From contig CAWFQK010000009.1 of the NCBI GenBank assembly GCA_963817955.1, positions 128,001 through 192,000 of the forward strand: a stretch of 64,000 bases of DNA, written 5' to 3'. This DNA is from an uncultured Gemmatimonadaceae bacterium. Its GTDB lineage: Bacteria; Gemmatimonadota; Gemmatimonadetes; Gemmatimonadales; Gemmatimonadaceae. The translations under genes were made by a program, and so were the position numbers. Position 1 is the first letter of the stretch, and every line of letters begins with the position of its first letter. Shown piece by piece: positions 40,245-50,459 of this stretch. The notes below the pieces were generated by a model that worked only from the letters and a program-made list of their open reading frames with translations, did not search any database and was not told where the DNA came from.

Positions 40245-41558
40245 ATGGTCAAACCGTCTCGCAGTCTGGGCACGCTGTCGCTGGTGTTCATTCTGTATTT
40301 CACGACATCCGGCGGCGCATACACGACGGAGACGTTGATCCGTTCCGTGGGCCCTGGCCTTGGCCTGCTGATCCTGCTCGTTGTGCCGGTAATCTGGTCG
40401 GTACCGGAGGTGCTGATCGTTGGCGAGCTCGCGAGCATGCTGCCGGAAGAGGGCGGCTATTACCGGTGGGTCGATCGGGCGTTCGGCCGGTTCTGGGCCT
40501 TTCAGAACGGTTGGCTGACGTGGATGTATTCGCTGGTCGACATGGCGATCTACCCGGTGCTGTTCATTCAGTACCTACGGTACTTTGCGCCGGCGCTCGG
40601 GGTGGGGGTCGAGTGGATGGTGTCGCTGGCGGTGATCTGGGGGGCGACGGCGATCAATCTGCGCGGCGCCGTGCGCGTGGGTCGCACGTCGGTGATGGCG
40701 GGCAGCTTCATCATGTTGGGGTTTCTCTCGTTGGCTATTGCGTCGCTCTCGCATGCGACGCACGTGCCGTGGCACCCGTTTGCGAGCCCTGACGCGCGGG
40801 GAGTGAGCGGGCTCGCCGTCGGCATATCGATCGCGTTGTGGAACTACATCGGCTGGGACAACGCATCCACGGTGGAAGGCGAGTTGAAGGATGCGTCGCA
40901 CAGCTACCCGCGCGCGCTGGCGATCGCGCTACCGCTCGTTTCGCTGGGCTACTTCGTGCCGCTGATGGCGACGCTTGCCTCGTCGGACTGGACCAAGTGG
41001 ACCGATGGGGGCTGGCCGGCGATCGCGATGATGGCGGCCGGCGGAGCGGGTCGGTTCATGGCGATCTGGATTGCGCTGGGCGGAATGGTGAGCGCGCTGG
41101 CTCTATTCAACGCGCTGCTGCTCGCCTACTCGCGTATCCCGTTCGTGATGGCGACGGACGCGCTCCTTCCGCCCGCCCTCGCCCGCACTGACGACCGTGG
41201 GACGCCGCGCAACGCCGTGCTCGCCTCGGCCGTCTGCTACTCGCTGTTCGTGCTCGTCCCCTTTGGCCGCCTCGTAATCGCCGACGTTCTGCTATACTCG
41301 CTCGCCCTATTCCTCGAATTCGGCGCGCTCGTGCGCCTGCGCAAGACGGAGCCGCAACTGCGGGGATCGTTCCGGATTCCGGCAGGCCGCGGCGCCGTCG
41401 CGGTGCTCGCGGGCATCCCGATGGCGGTGCTGGTTGGCGTTATCGCGCTTTCATTTCGCGATGGAGAGTACGGATTGCCCGCGATCATCGGGGCGGGCGT
41501 CGCGGTTGGTCTTGGGCCGATCGTGTATGCGTGGGCCAGGCCGACGGGTGGGCGATGA
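40245..41558 (+). CDS. APC-family amino acid/polyamine permease
   Basis: About 12 hydrophobic segments; ELASMLPEEGGYYRWV, WNYIGWD. Confidence 0.9.
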   Translation: MVKPSRSLGTLSLVFILYFTTSGGAYTTETLIRSVGPGLGLLILLVVPVIWSVPEVLIVGELASMLPEEGGYYRWVDRAFGRFWAFQNGWLTWMYSLVDMAIYPVLFIQYLRYFAPALGVGVEWMVSLAVIWGATAINLRGAVRVGRTSVMAGSFIMLGFLSLAIASLSHATHVPWHPFASPDARGVSGLAVGISIALWNYIGWDNASTVEGELKDASHSYPRALAIALPLVSLGYFVPLMATLASSDWTKWTDGGWPAIAMMAAGGAGRFMAIWIALGGMVSALALFNALLLAYSRIPFVMATDALLPPALARTDDRGTPRNAVLASAVCYSLFVLVPFGRLVIADVLLYSLALFLEFGALVRLRKTEPQLRGSFRIPAGRGAVAVLAGIPMAVLVGVIALSFRDGEYGLPAIIGAGVAVGLGPIVYAWARPTGGR

Positions 41559-41642
41559 CACGGGACACGGGACACGGGACACGGGACACGAGAAACTCAC
41601 AACGCACAACTCACGACTGGAAACTCGAACCTCGCCGACCGG
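41557..41642. repeat. Left arm of a ~70-bp inverted repeat with 7-bp tandem units
   Basis: (GACACGG)n and ACTCACA-type heptamers, then ACTGGAAACTCGAACCTCGCCGACCGG; inverted partner at 43227-43297. Confidence 0.8.
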
Positions 41643-41782
41643 TGGGCCGACCGCTACGGAGCAGCCAGCGACAACCAGCCGGCCAAAACACGGAGCCCAA
41701 TCCGATCTTCCAGGTCCTTCGCTCGGGAGGACAGGCATCGCGTCTGCACACTGTGATCAGTTGTCAGTGGTGAGTTGTCAGT

Positions 41783-43178
41783 TGTCAGGGTACAAACCGG
41801 TCTGATAGGTGAGCCACAAACCGGGCTGATAGGTGAGCTTGGTGAGACAGCCTTACGTTCGGACATCTTCTGGGAGGTGTCCGTGCCTTGGCAAGAGAGT
41901 TCACCGATGTCGGAACGATTGGCGTTTGTGCAACAGTGCATGCGTCGGAGAGAGTCGCTCCGCGCCGTCTGCGCCGAGTTTGGCATTAGCGAGAAGACCG
42001 GCCATAAGTGGCTGCACCGCTTTGCGACCGACGGGCCGGCGGGCCTCGCGGATCGCTCGCACGCCCGACATGGGCAGGCCCACCAAATGTCGCCCGCCAT
42101 GGCCGCCCGCATCATCGCGTTGCGGAAGCGCCACCCGCTGTACGGGCCAGAGAAGCTGCGGGATTGGCTGCAGCTGCACGAACCGGCGGGAGGACGGTGG
42201 CCCGCCGCCAGCACGATCGGGGCGCTGCTCAAACGGGCCGGCCTGGTCGACTCAAGACGCCGGCGCGGCCAGACGCATGCCCGCCTGGCGAGTGGGCGCA
42301 CCGCCGCGACCGCCCCGAACGTGGTCTGGACGGCGGATTTCAAAGGGGAATTCGCGCTCTCAGGCGGCGGGCCCGAATGCTACCCGCTGACCGTGTTGGA
42401 TCTGCACAGCCATTTCCTCCTCGGCTGCACCGCCCTGCGCAGTACCGCGGTCCCGACGGCCCGCCAGTGCTTTGAGCGCCTGTTCCGCGAGTACGGGCTC
42501 CCCGAGGTCCTCCGCACGGACAACGGCGTGCCGTTCGCCCAGCCCAATGCGATTGGCCGCCTCGGCTCCCTGGCGTTCTGGTGGGTGCGGTTGGGCATCC
42601 GGCCCGAGCACACGCCGCCGGGCCAGCCCGCCGCCAACGGCGCGCACGAGCGGTTTCACAAAACCCTCAAGGCCCACACCCTGGGTCCGCCCGCGCCCTC
42701 GTTCGTGGCGCAGCAGCGCCGGTTCGATCGCTTTCGCAGCGAATACAACGACGAGCGGCCCCACGCCAGCGTCGCCGGACACCGTCCCCCGGGCGCGGAC
42801 TATCACGGCTCGCCGCGGGCCTATCCGCGCCGCCTGCCCCCGATGTGCTATCCGGAGGGGACCGTGGTGCGCCGCGTCAGCAGCGCCGGCGCGATCAAGG
42901 TGCGCGAGGTCAGCTACTCGCTCTCGCACAACCTGGCCGGCGAAGACGTGCGCCTGACCGACACGCACGATGATCGCCTCATTGTGGCCTACGGACCGCT
43001 CGAGCTGGGAGAGATTCTGCTCGCCACCAATCGGTTTCTCCCGAACGTCCGTTGGACGTTCCCTTTGACTCCCGCCCCGTGAGGGGATTGCTTCTGGTCT
43101 CCAGAGACCACCCTGCTGCCATGCGAGGCTCACCTATCAGCCCGGATTATTGCTCACCTATCAGCCCGTTACTTCACA
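41783..43178 (+). mobile_element. IS481-family insertion sequence
   Basis: TGT...ACA ends and two CTGATAGGTGAGC subterminal motifs at each end in inverted orientation. No clear target duplication, so the ends are approximate. Confidence 0.8.
41883..43082 (+). CDS. IS481-family transposase (rve integrase core)
   Basis: MPWQE start after GGAGG, HTH, W.ADFKG, RTDNG.PF, NG.HERFH.TLK, YN.ERPH. Confidence 0.93.
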   Translation: MPWQESSPMSERLAFVQQCMRRRESLRAVCAEFGISEKTGHKWLHRFATDGPAGLADRSHARHGQAHQMSPAMAARIIALRKRHPLYGPEKLRDWLQLHEPAGGRWPAASTIGALLKRAGLVDSRRRRGQTHARLASGRTAATAPNVVWTADFKGEFALSGGGPECYPLTVLDLHSHFLLGCTALRSTAVPTARQCFERLFREYGLPEVLRTDNGVPFAQPNAIGRLGSLAFWWVRLGIRPEHTPPGQPAANGAHERFHKTLKAHTLGPPAPSFVAQQRRFDRFRSEYNDERPHASVAGHRPPGADYHGSPRAYPRRLPPMCYPEGTVVRRVSSAGAIKVREVSYSLSHNLAGEDVRLTDTHDDRLIVAYGPLELGEILLATNRFLPNVRWTFPLTPAP

Positions 43179-43226
43179 GTATACCGGTCATGCGCACCAG
43201 GGCGCCTGGTTCGCAGGCCACTATCG

Positions 43227-43297
43227 CCGGTCGGCGAGGTTCGAGTTTCCAGTTGTGAGTCGTGAGTTGTGAGTTTCCCGTTGTCCCGTGTCCCGTG
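43227..43297. repeat. Right arm of the ~70-bp inverted repeat
   Basis: CCGGTCGGCGAGGTTCGAGTTTCCAGT (perfect 27-bp rc of 41616-41642), then TGTGAGT and TGTCCCG heptamers. Confidence 0.8.
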
Positions 43298-43299
43298 CC

Positions 43300-44595
43300 T
43301 CACGGCTGCTTGTACACCGTCCCATTCTTCATCACCAACCCTACCTGCCTGATCGCCGAGATGTCCTTGGTCGGATCGCCTTTCACCGCGATGAGGTCGG
43401 CGTAGAGCCCCGGCTTGACCGAACCGATCTTATCGTCCCAGTGAAGCATTTTGGCGTCGGTGGACGTTGCCGCCCGAAGCGCCTGAACGGGGGACAGACC
43501 GTACGCCACCATGAGCTCCAGCTCCCGCGCGTTGTCCCCGTGCGTGAACACGCCCACGTCGCTGCCGCTGCATATCGTGACGCCCGCGTCCACGGCCGCT
43601 TTGAAGCTCGCCTTCTTCTGCTTGATGCTCGGCGGGTCGGGGTCGATGTGCTTGTAGCCTCGATACTGCAGAATTGCATCGCCGGCGGCGACGGTGGGAA
43701 TGAAACACACCCCGCGATCGGCCATCAGCTTGAACACCTCTGGCGTTCCATTGTCGCCATGCTCGATTGTCTCCACGCCGGCGAGCACCGCGCGACGCAT
43801 TCCCTCCGCAGTGCTCGTATGGGCTGCAACGGGGCGCCCCGAGCTCTTGGCGATCGCTACGATCTCGTTCAGCTCTTCCTGGGTGAACGTCGGCATGGTC
43901 TCGCCATTCGGACCCCAGCGATAGTCGGCGTACACCTTGATCCAATCGGCGCCATGCTTGATCTGATCGCGCACGACATGCGCGACGCCATCGAGCCCGT
44001 CCGCTTCCTCTGCGCCCTGTGGAATCATATCGGCGTACTCGGTCGCGAACCCCTTGGGTGCGTAGCTGCCGGTCACGACGATGGCGCGCGTCGTGACGAA
44101 CATGCGCGGTCCCGGAATGATTCCCTGGTTGATCGCCTGCTTCAGGCCGACGTCGGCATACCCGGCGCCCTCCGTGCCGAGGTCGCGTACGGTGGTGAAA
44201 CCGGCCATGAGCGTGTTGCGGGCATGGTTCACCGCGCGCGCGACGCGTAGCGCCTCGGACTCGTGCAGCACCTGATCGTCCCAGGGCGTCTCGTTGTACG
44301 GGTGCAGTAGCAGGTGCGAGTGGCCTTCGATGAGCCCCGGCATCAGCGTCATGCCGCTGAGCGTGATCGTCGTCGCGTCAGCCGGTGCATTGATCTGCGA
44401 CCGCGGGCCGACCGCCTCGATACGGTCACCACGCACGAGCACCGCCCACCCGTCATGCGGCGCGGCAGCAACGCCGTCCCAGACGCGATCGGGAACGAGC
44501 ACTGTGGCGGTAGCGGCAGGGCGTGGGGCACGGGCTTGTGCCGACGCGAGAACCGGCAGGGCGGCTACCAGAATAGCGGAGAGACGGATGCGCAT
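43300..44595 (-). CDS. Metal-dependent amidohydrolase (Xaa-Pro dipeptidase-like), secreted
   Basis: PGLIEGHSH, GFTTVRDLG, GAD.IK, IEHG, GSDVG, G..ADLIAV.GDP. Confidence 0.9.
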   Translation of the reverse strand: MRIRLSAILVAALPVLASAQARAPRPAATATVLVPDRVWDGVAAAPHDGWAVLVRGDRIEAVGPRSQINAPADATTITLSGMTLMPGLIEGHSHLLLHPYNETPWDDQVLHESEALRVARAVNHARNTLMAGFTTVRDLGTEGAGYADVGLKQAINQGIIPGPRMFVTTRAIVVTGSYAPKGFATEYADMIPQGAEEADGLDGVAHVVRDQIKHGADWIKVYADYRWGPNGETMPTFTQEELNEIVAIAKSSGRPVAAHTSTAEGMRRAVLAGVETIEHGDNGTPEVFKLMADRGVCFIPTVAAGDAILQYRGYKHIDPDPPSIKQKKASFKAAVDAGVTICSGSDVGVFTHGDNARELELMVAYGLSPVQALRAATSTDAKMLHWDDKIGSVKPGLYADLIAVKGDPTKDISAIRQVGLVMKNGTVYKQP

Positions 44596-44860
44596 GTGTG
44601 ATACGGGAAGGTCATTCTGTGGGAGCGGAGCGATGGAGCAACCTGTCTGCAACCGCGACGTGGCCTTTCAGGCGACGCGACTGAAGATCCCTTGCTTGGC
44701 CCGGAATGACAACTCCGCCGCCCACCCGGGCGGTATTCCTCTCTGCGCCTTACCTTTGGGGACCGGCGCAACGCCGCGCTGCTGCAGGTCGTAAGTGTAC
44801 AGTACGACTGTGCGATCGCCCCGCTCAGTCGCGTCCCGCCCTCAACCTCCGACGTGTATT

Positions 44861-47839
44861 ATGAGAATGAACCGGCTCGCTGTCGCACTGACGGTCGTGC
44901 TCGCTCTGCCAGCATTCGCGCAGACGCCAAAGAAAGTCCTGACGCAGGCCGATTGGGATAAGTGGAAATCCATCAACGCTCCGGCACTGTCGAACGATGG
45001 ACAGTGGGCCGCGTACACGTTGATCCCACAGGTTGGCGACGGGGAGCTCGTCATTCGGTCCACGTCGGCTACCACGGAGTACCATGTTCCGCGCGGCTAC
45101 CTTGGCCGTCCGAACAACATTCCGGGCGGCCTGCGCGGTCCGGCGGGCGGCACAGGTGAAGGCGACCCGACCGGCCCCACGGCGACCCCGGCGCAGTTTA
45201 CCGCCGACAGCCGGTTTGTCATCGTGACTACTCAGGCGACACAGGCAGAAGTCGAGCGTGCTCCCCGCGGACGCGGTGCGGCGCCGGCAAACCGTCAGTC
45301 GCTCGTCATCGTCAGTTTGCCCGACGGCAAGCAGACGACTATTCCGGGCGTTCGCTCCTTCCGGCTCGCCCGCGACAACGCGAAGTGGCTTGCCTACGTT
45401 GCTGAGCCTACCGATTCAGCGGCTGGCGATTCCACGGCGCGCGGCGCCGGCGCGCCGGCTGGTCGTGGTGGACGCGGTGGTCGTGGCGGCGCTCCGGCAG
45501 GTGGACGGCGGCAGTTCGGGGCGCCGCTCGTTCTGCGCGATCTTGCCACCGGTGCGGAAGTGCGCCTGGCCGATGTGCTCACCTTCGCGTTCGACGACAG
45601 TGCCAAGGTGCTTGGCTTCACGGTGGTGTCGCGCGATTCCACGAAGGACGGTGCGTTCCTGCGCAACCTGACGAACGACGCAACGACGACACTGTTCGTC
45701 GGACACGGCGACTACAAGGCGCTGACATTCGATCGCGTGGCGTCGCAGGTGGCATTCCTGTCCGATCACGACGAGTTCGGCCGCGGCGACAAGCCGCGCT
45801 ACACGTTGTACCAAGCAGCGGTGAAGGGCGGAGCGGCGCAGCCGGTGGTGACGCCGGCGCAGCTGCCTGCCGGAATGCACATTGCGGACGCCGGCGCCAT
45901 TGGCTTCACCCGCTCTGGCACGGCGATCACCTTCAGCATCGCTCCCCCCGCGATTGATTCAGTTCCGGCCGATTCGTTGACCGGAAAGGCGATGTTCGAT
46001 CTGTGGCACTACAAGGATCCCGTGCTGCAGCCGACGCAGAAGCTCAACGCGGCTCGCGATCGCAACAAGTCATATGGCGCCATCTACTTCACGGCGACCA
46101 AGAAGCTGGTGCGCCTCGCTGACGATTCGACCCCGACTGTGGCGTTGTCGGATGACGGAAAGCTTGGCGTGGCGAACTCGCGCGAGCGATACATGATCGA
46201 GTCGATGTGGGGAGAGGGTGGCACTGACGTGTACGTCGTGGATGGCACGACGGGCGCGCGCAAGCTCGTGAAGGAGAAGATCAACGGCAACGCACAACTG
46301 TCGCCCGACGCGAAGTTCGTTGCGTTCTACGATCACGCGCACTGGTACACATACAACACCGCCACCAGCAAGCTCACCGACATCACGGGTGGCCTGAAGG
46401 GCGTGCGCTTCGATAATGAAACCGACGATCATCCAGCCGAGCCGCCCGCATGGGGACTTGCCGGCTGGACGAAGGGCGACAAGTCGGTGCTGCTGTACGA
46501 CCGCTTCGATATCTGGGAGCTGGATCCGTCAGGAGTGAAGCCGGCAGTGGTGGTGACCGATTCCGTTGGCCGCCGCAGCCAGATTCAGTTCCGGCTCGCG
46601 GAAGGCGGTGCTGGCCGCGGCGGACGCGGGGGTGGTGGCGGCCGTGGTGGTTCGGCCGCCGGTGACGATCGCGGCGTGATCGATCCGAGCGAACCGCTGA
46701 TGCTGCGTGCCGTGAACACGGAGACGATGGCGAGCGGGTTCTATCGCGATCAACTCGGCGTCAAGAAGGAGCCGGAGAAGATCGTGATGTCAGACCTGGC
46801 ATACGGTCCGCTCATCAAGGCGGCCAATGCCGGCGTGTACATGACGACGAAGAGCACGTTCGTCGACTTCCCGAATCTCTGGGTGGGTCCGTCGCTGACG
46901 AGCCTCACGAAGATCTCCGATGCAAACCCGCAGCAGAAGGATTACAACTGGGGTACCGTCGAGCTCGTGCACTGGTTGAGCGCCGACGGCGTACCCCTCA
47001 AGGGCATGCTGTACAAGCCCGAGAACTTCGATCCGACCAAGAAGTACCCAATGATCTCGTACTTCTACGAGATCCTGTCGAACGGGCTGTACTCGTACGT
47101 GCCGCCCACGGGACGCAACGTCATCAACCCGACGCACTACGTCTCGAACGGCTACATCGTGTTCGAGCCGGACATCGTGTACGAAGACGGTTTCCCGGGT
47201 CCGAGCGCCGTCAAGGCAATCGTTCCTGGCGTGCAATCGCTGCTGACGCGCGGCTACATCGACGAAACGAAGCTCGGTCTGCAGGGCCAGTCGTGGGGTG
47301 GATATCAGACGGCGTTCCTCATCACGCAGACGCACATGTTTGCGGCGGCGATGGCTGGTGCGCCGGTGTCGAACATGACGAGCGCGTACGGTGGCATTCG
47401 CTGGGGCACCGGCATCTCGCGTGCGGGGCAGTACGAGACGGGTCAGAGCCGCATCGGCAAGCCGCTGATCGACGCGCCGCAGCTCTACATTGCCAACTCG
47501 CCGCTGTTCTGGCTGAAGAACGTGACGACGCCGCTGTTCATCATGAGCAACGACATGGACGATGCGGTACCCTGGTATCAGGGCATCGAGTTCTTCATCG
47601 GCATGCGCCGGCTCGGCAAGGAAGCGTATCTGATCGACTACAACAACGACGTGCACAACCCGGCGAGCCGCGCGAACCAGAAGGACATCGCGATGCGCAT
47701 GCAGCAGTTCTTCGACAACAAGTTGAAGGGTGCGCCGGCGCCGGACTGGATGGTGCACGGCATCCCGTACGTCGCGAAGGGGAAGGATCAGCTGGCAACA
47801 CCGGTACCCGTGCAGGCTGGGGTGGTCAAGCCGCAATAG
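44861..47839 (+). CDS. S9 prolyl-oligopeptidase-family serine peptidase, secreted
   Basis: Signal peptide, beta-propeller region, nucleophile GQSWGG, D.AVPW and a C-terminal His. Confidence 0.92.
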   Translation: MRMNRLAVALTVVLALPAFAQTPKKVLTQADWDKWKSINAPALSNDGQWAAYTLIPQVGDGELVIRSTSATTEYHVPRGYLGRPNNIPGGLRGPAGGTGEGDPTGPTATPAQFTADSRFVIVTTQATQAEVERAPRGRGAAPANRQSLVIVSLPDGKQTTIPGVRSFRLARDNAKWLAYVAEPTDSAAGDSTARGAGAPAGRGGRGGRGGAPAGGRRQFGAPLVLRDLATGAEVRLADVLTFAFDDSAKVLGFTVVSRDSTKDGAFLRNLTNDATTTLFVGHGDYKALTFDRVASQVAFLSDHDEFGRGDKPRYTLYQAAVKGGAAQPVVTPAQLPAGMHIADAGAIGFTRSGTAITFSIAPPAIDSVPADSLTGKAMFDLWHYKDPVLQPTQKLNAARDRNKSYGAIYFTATKKLVRLADDSTPTVALSDDGKLGVANSRERYMIESMWGEGGTDVYVVDGTTGARKLVKEKINGNAQLSPDAKFVAFYDHAHWYTYNTATSKLTDITGGLKGVRFDNETDDHPAEPPAWGLAGWTKGDKSVLLYDRFDIWELDPSGVKPAVVVTDSVGRRSQIQFRLAEGGAGRGGRGGGGGRGGSAAGDDRGVIDPSEPLMLRAVNTETMASGFYRDQLGVKKEPEKIVMSDLAYGPLIKAANAGVYMTTKSTFVDFPNLWVGPSLTSLTKISDANPQQKDYNWGTVELVHWLSADGVPLKGMLYKPENFDPTKKYPMISYFYEILSNGLYSYVPPTGRNVINPTHYVSNGYIVFEPDIVYEDGFPGPSAVKAIVPGVQSLLTRGYIDETKLGLQGQSWGGYQTAFLITQTHMFAAAMAGAPVSNMTSAYGGIRWGTGISRAGQYETGQSRIGKPLIDAPQLYIANSPLFWLKNVTTPLFIMSNDMDDAVPWYQGIEFFIGMRRLGKEAYLIDYNNDVHNPASRANQKDIAMRMQQFFDNKLKGAPAPDWMVHGIPYVAKGKDQLATPVPVQAGVVKPQ

Positions 47840-48008
47840 TTGCGCCGCGCCCAACGTCTTCACGAAATCCCATGTCCGACGTAATCGGCGTGATCGGCTC
47901 GATGATCGACAACGATCGATAGCTGTAAGTTTCCTGGTGTGACCACATGCGGCATCGTCTGCGTTCGACGATGCCGCATCGTTCATTTCATTCCTCTTCT
48001 TGTCTTGC

Positions 48009-49025
48009 ATGTCCGCGATTGAAACCAGAGCTCTGCGAAAGGTCTACCCCGCGCCCGCGGCACCGAAGCGTGGCAGGCGGGGTGCGCCATCGCTTGGAGC
48101 ACCTGGCGGCCGGCCGCTCCCGCCATCGGGCAGCGAGGTGGTCGCGCTCGATGCGCTCGACCTCGACGTGCGCGAGGGAGAGTTCTTCGGTCTGCTCGGG
48201 CCCAACGGCGCCGGCAAAACGACGACCCTTGCCATTCTCACGACGCGTGTGAGACCGACATCCGGTACAGCACTCGTGGGCGGCGCCAACGTCGCCACCG
48301 AGGCGGTCAAGGTGCGCCAGCGGATCGGTGTCGTACCGCAGCGGCCCAACCCCGACCGCAGTCTCGATGCGCTCGAGAATCTGCTCTATCACGCCGCGTA
48401 CTTCGGTATCCCGCGCCCGATCGCGCTGCCGCGGGCGAATGTGTTACTCGAGCAGCTCGGCATCTCCGACAAGGCGCGCGCCAAAGTGGACGAGATGTCC
48501 GGCGGCCAGCAGCAGCGGCTCATGATCGCCCGCGCGCTGATCCACGAGCCGCAGGTCATTTTTCTCGACGAACCGACTGTCGGACTCGATCCGCAGACGC
48601 GCCTGTCGCTCTGGGAGATCCTGCGCCATCTACACGGCGAGGGACGTACCATCATCATGACGACGCACTACATGGACGAGGCGGACAAGCTCTGCGACCG
48701 CATCGCGATCGTCGATCGGGGGCAGCTCCTCGAGCTCGACACGCCGCAGGCGCTCAAGCAGCGGGCGCCTGGCGGAACACTGGTCGAGCTCTCGCTCGCC
48801 GGGGATGCGAGCCCTTTCGTGGATGCGGTGCGATCGATCGATGGCGTGTTACGCGCCGAGGCGCACGGCACGTTGCTCCGCGTCTACAGCGACCGCGGCG
48901 GGCGCGTGATCTCGCCGGTGATCGCTGCCGTCGAGGATGCCGGTACCGCCGTCGCCAATATCAGTTTGACGGAGCCCAGTCTCGAAACGCTGTTTGTCGA
49001 CCGTACCGGGAGGAAACTCGATTGA
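48009..49025 (+). CDS. ABC transporter ATP-binding protein (DrrA-like)
   Basis: GPNGAGKT, MSGGQ, FLDEPT, TTHYM. Confidence 0.95.
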   Translation: MSAIETRALRKVYPAPAAPKRGRRGAPSLGAPGGRPLPPSGSEVVALDALDLDVREGEFFGLLGPNGAGKTTTLAILTTRVRPTSGTALVGGANVATEAVKVRQRIGVVPQRPNPDRSLDALENLLYHAAYFGIPRPIALPRANVLLEQLGISDKARAKVDEMSGGQQQRLMIARALIHEPQVIFLDEPTVGLDPQTRLSLWEILRHLHGEGRTIIMTTHYMDEADKLCDRIAIVDRGQLLELDTPQALKQRAPGGTLVELSLAGDASPFVDAVRSIDGVLRAEAHGTLLRVYSDRGGRVISPVIAAVEDAGTAVANISLTEPSLETLFVDRTGRKLD

Positions 49026-49825
49026 CTACCGTCGCTCCTACGCCGCACGTGGTCCGTGCGTCCTCCGTGTTCCTTGCGCTGCTGCGCCGCGATGCGCGGG
49101 TCGCGCGCAAGGAGCTGCTGTTCTTCCTGATTCGCACTACGATGCAGCCGCTGCTCTTTCTCGTCGTGTTCGGCTACTTGCTGCCGAAGATGAATTTTGT
49201 GGGAAAGAGCTATCAGACGGCGCTGCTGCCGGGCATTCTCGCTGTGAGCCTGAGCCTGTCGGCGATCCAGTCAGTCGCGTTGCCCATGGTGCAGGATTTC
49301 GGCTGGACAAAGGAGATTGAAGACCGCTTGCTCGCGCCTGTGTCCACGCAGCTCATCGCCGCTGAGAAGATCGTCGCCGGCACGCTGCAGGGCGTGATTG
49401 CCGCGGCATTCGTGCTGCCGGTCGCGCGACTGGTCATGGGACCAATTCCCAACCTCACCCTGTCACATGCCGGGGTGGTCTTACTCGTGGTCCTGCTCGG
49501 CGCCGTCGCCTTCTCGGCGTTCGGGATGTGGCTCGGAACGGCCATCGCTCCGCAGCAGATCGGCTTGATGTTCAGCGTGATCGTGGCCCCGATGCTCTTC
49601 TTCGGGTGTGCGTATTATCCTTGGCGTGGCCTCGACGTGGTTCCCGTCATGAAGTACCTGGTGCTGATCAATCCCATGGTCTACGTGTCGGAAGGACTGC
49701 GCGGTGCCCTCACGCCAGCCGTCCCGCACATGTCGTTAGCCGTGGTCGGCGTCGCGCTCACGTTGATCGCCGTTTTCTTCTGGACCATCGGCATACGCAG
49801 TTTCTACAAACGCGCCATCGGATGA
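49022..49825 (+). CDS. ABC-2 type permease
   Basis: Six TM segments, NPMVY..EGLR; overlaps the ATPase gene. Confidence 0.9.
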   Translation: MTTVAPTPHVVRASSVFLALLRRDARVARKELLFFLIRTTMQPLLFLVVFGYLLPKMNFVGKSYQTALLPGILAVSLSLSAIQSVALPMVQDFGWTKEIEDRLLAPVSTQLIAAEKIVAGTLQGVIAAAFVLPVARLVMGPIPNLTLSHAGVVLLVVLLGAVAFSAFGMWLGTAIAPQQIGLMFSVIVAPMLFFGCAYYPWRGLDVVPVMKYLVLINPMVYVSEGLRGALTPAVPHMSLAVVGVALTLIAVFFWTIGIRSFYKRAIG

Positions 49826-50421
49826 CTGACCTCTTGAACGAAGACCCCATCGCACGCTTCGAGCGCTTGTTCGACGCTGCGCAACAGATTCCGCGCGATC
49901 GGCTACCGGAGCCCACCGCGTTCGCGCTCGCCACGGTGGACGAGCACGGCCACCCCGACGCTCGGATCCTGTTGCTCAAGTCCGTCGACCGCCGCGGCTT
50001 CGTCTTCTACACCAACTTTCAGAGCAGGAAGGGTCGCGAGCTCCTGGCGACACGTCGTGCCGCGCTCTGCTTCCACTGGCAACTCCTCGAGGAGCAGGTG
50101 CGCGTGGAAGGACCGGTCGAGCCGGTGAGCGAGGACGAGGCCGACGCGTACTTCGCGTCACGGGCACGAGGGAGTCAGCTCGGCGCGTGGGCGTCGCTGC
50201 AGAGCCAGGCCATGCAGACGCCGAACGACCTGGACGTGCGCCTTGCGGAGTTCGAGCAGCGGTTCGCCGGCCACGCGGTGCCGCGACCGCCACACTGGTC
50301 GGGCTTCCGCGTGATGCCCGAGCGGATCGAGTTCTGGAAGAACATGCCGAGCCGTCTTCACGTCCGCCATCTGTACACGCGGGACGGCGGGACCTGGACG
50401 GTGCAGCAACTCTTTCCGTAG
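49822..50421 (+). CDS. pdxH: Pyridoxamine 5'-phosphate oxidase
   Basis: LATV, R.LLLK, FYTN..SRKG, QVRVEG, SQLGAWAS.QS, RP.HW.G, EFW...RLH.R. Confidence 0.95.
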   Translation: MTDLLNEDPIARFERLFDAAQQIPRDRLPEPTAFALATVDEHGHPDARILLLKSVDRRGFVFYTNFQSRKGRELLATRRAALCFHWQLLEEQVRVEGPVEPVSEDEADAYFASRARGSQLGAWASLQSQAMQTPNDLDVRLAEFEQRFAGHAVPRPPHWSGFRVMPERIEFWKNMPSRLHVRHLYTRDGGTWTVQQLFP

Positions 50422-50459
50422 ACATACCCCCGCTCCGGGTGCGTCCTTACTATTCCCCC

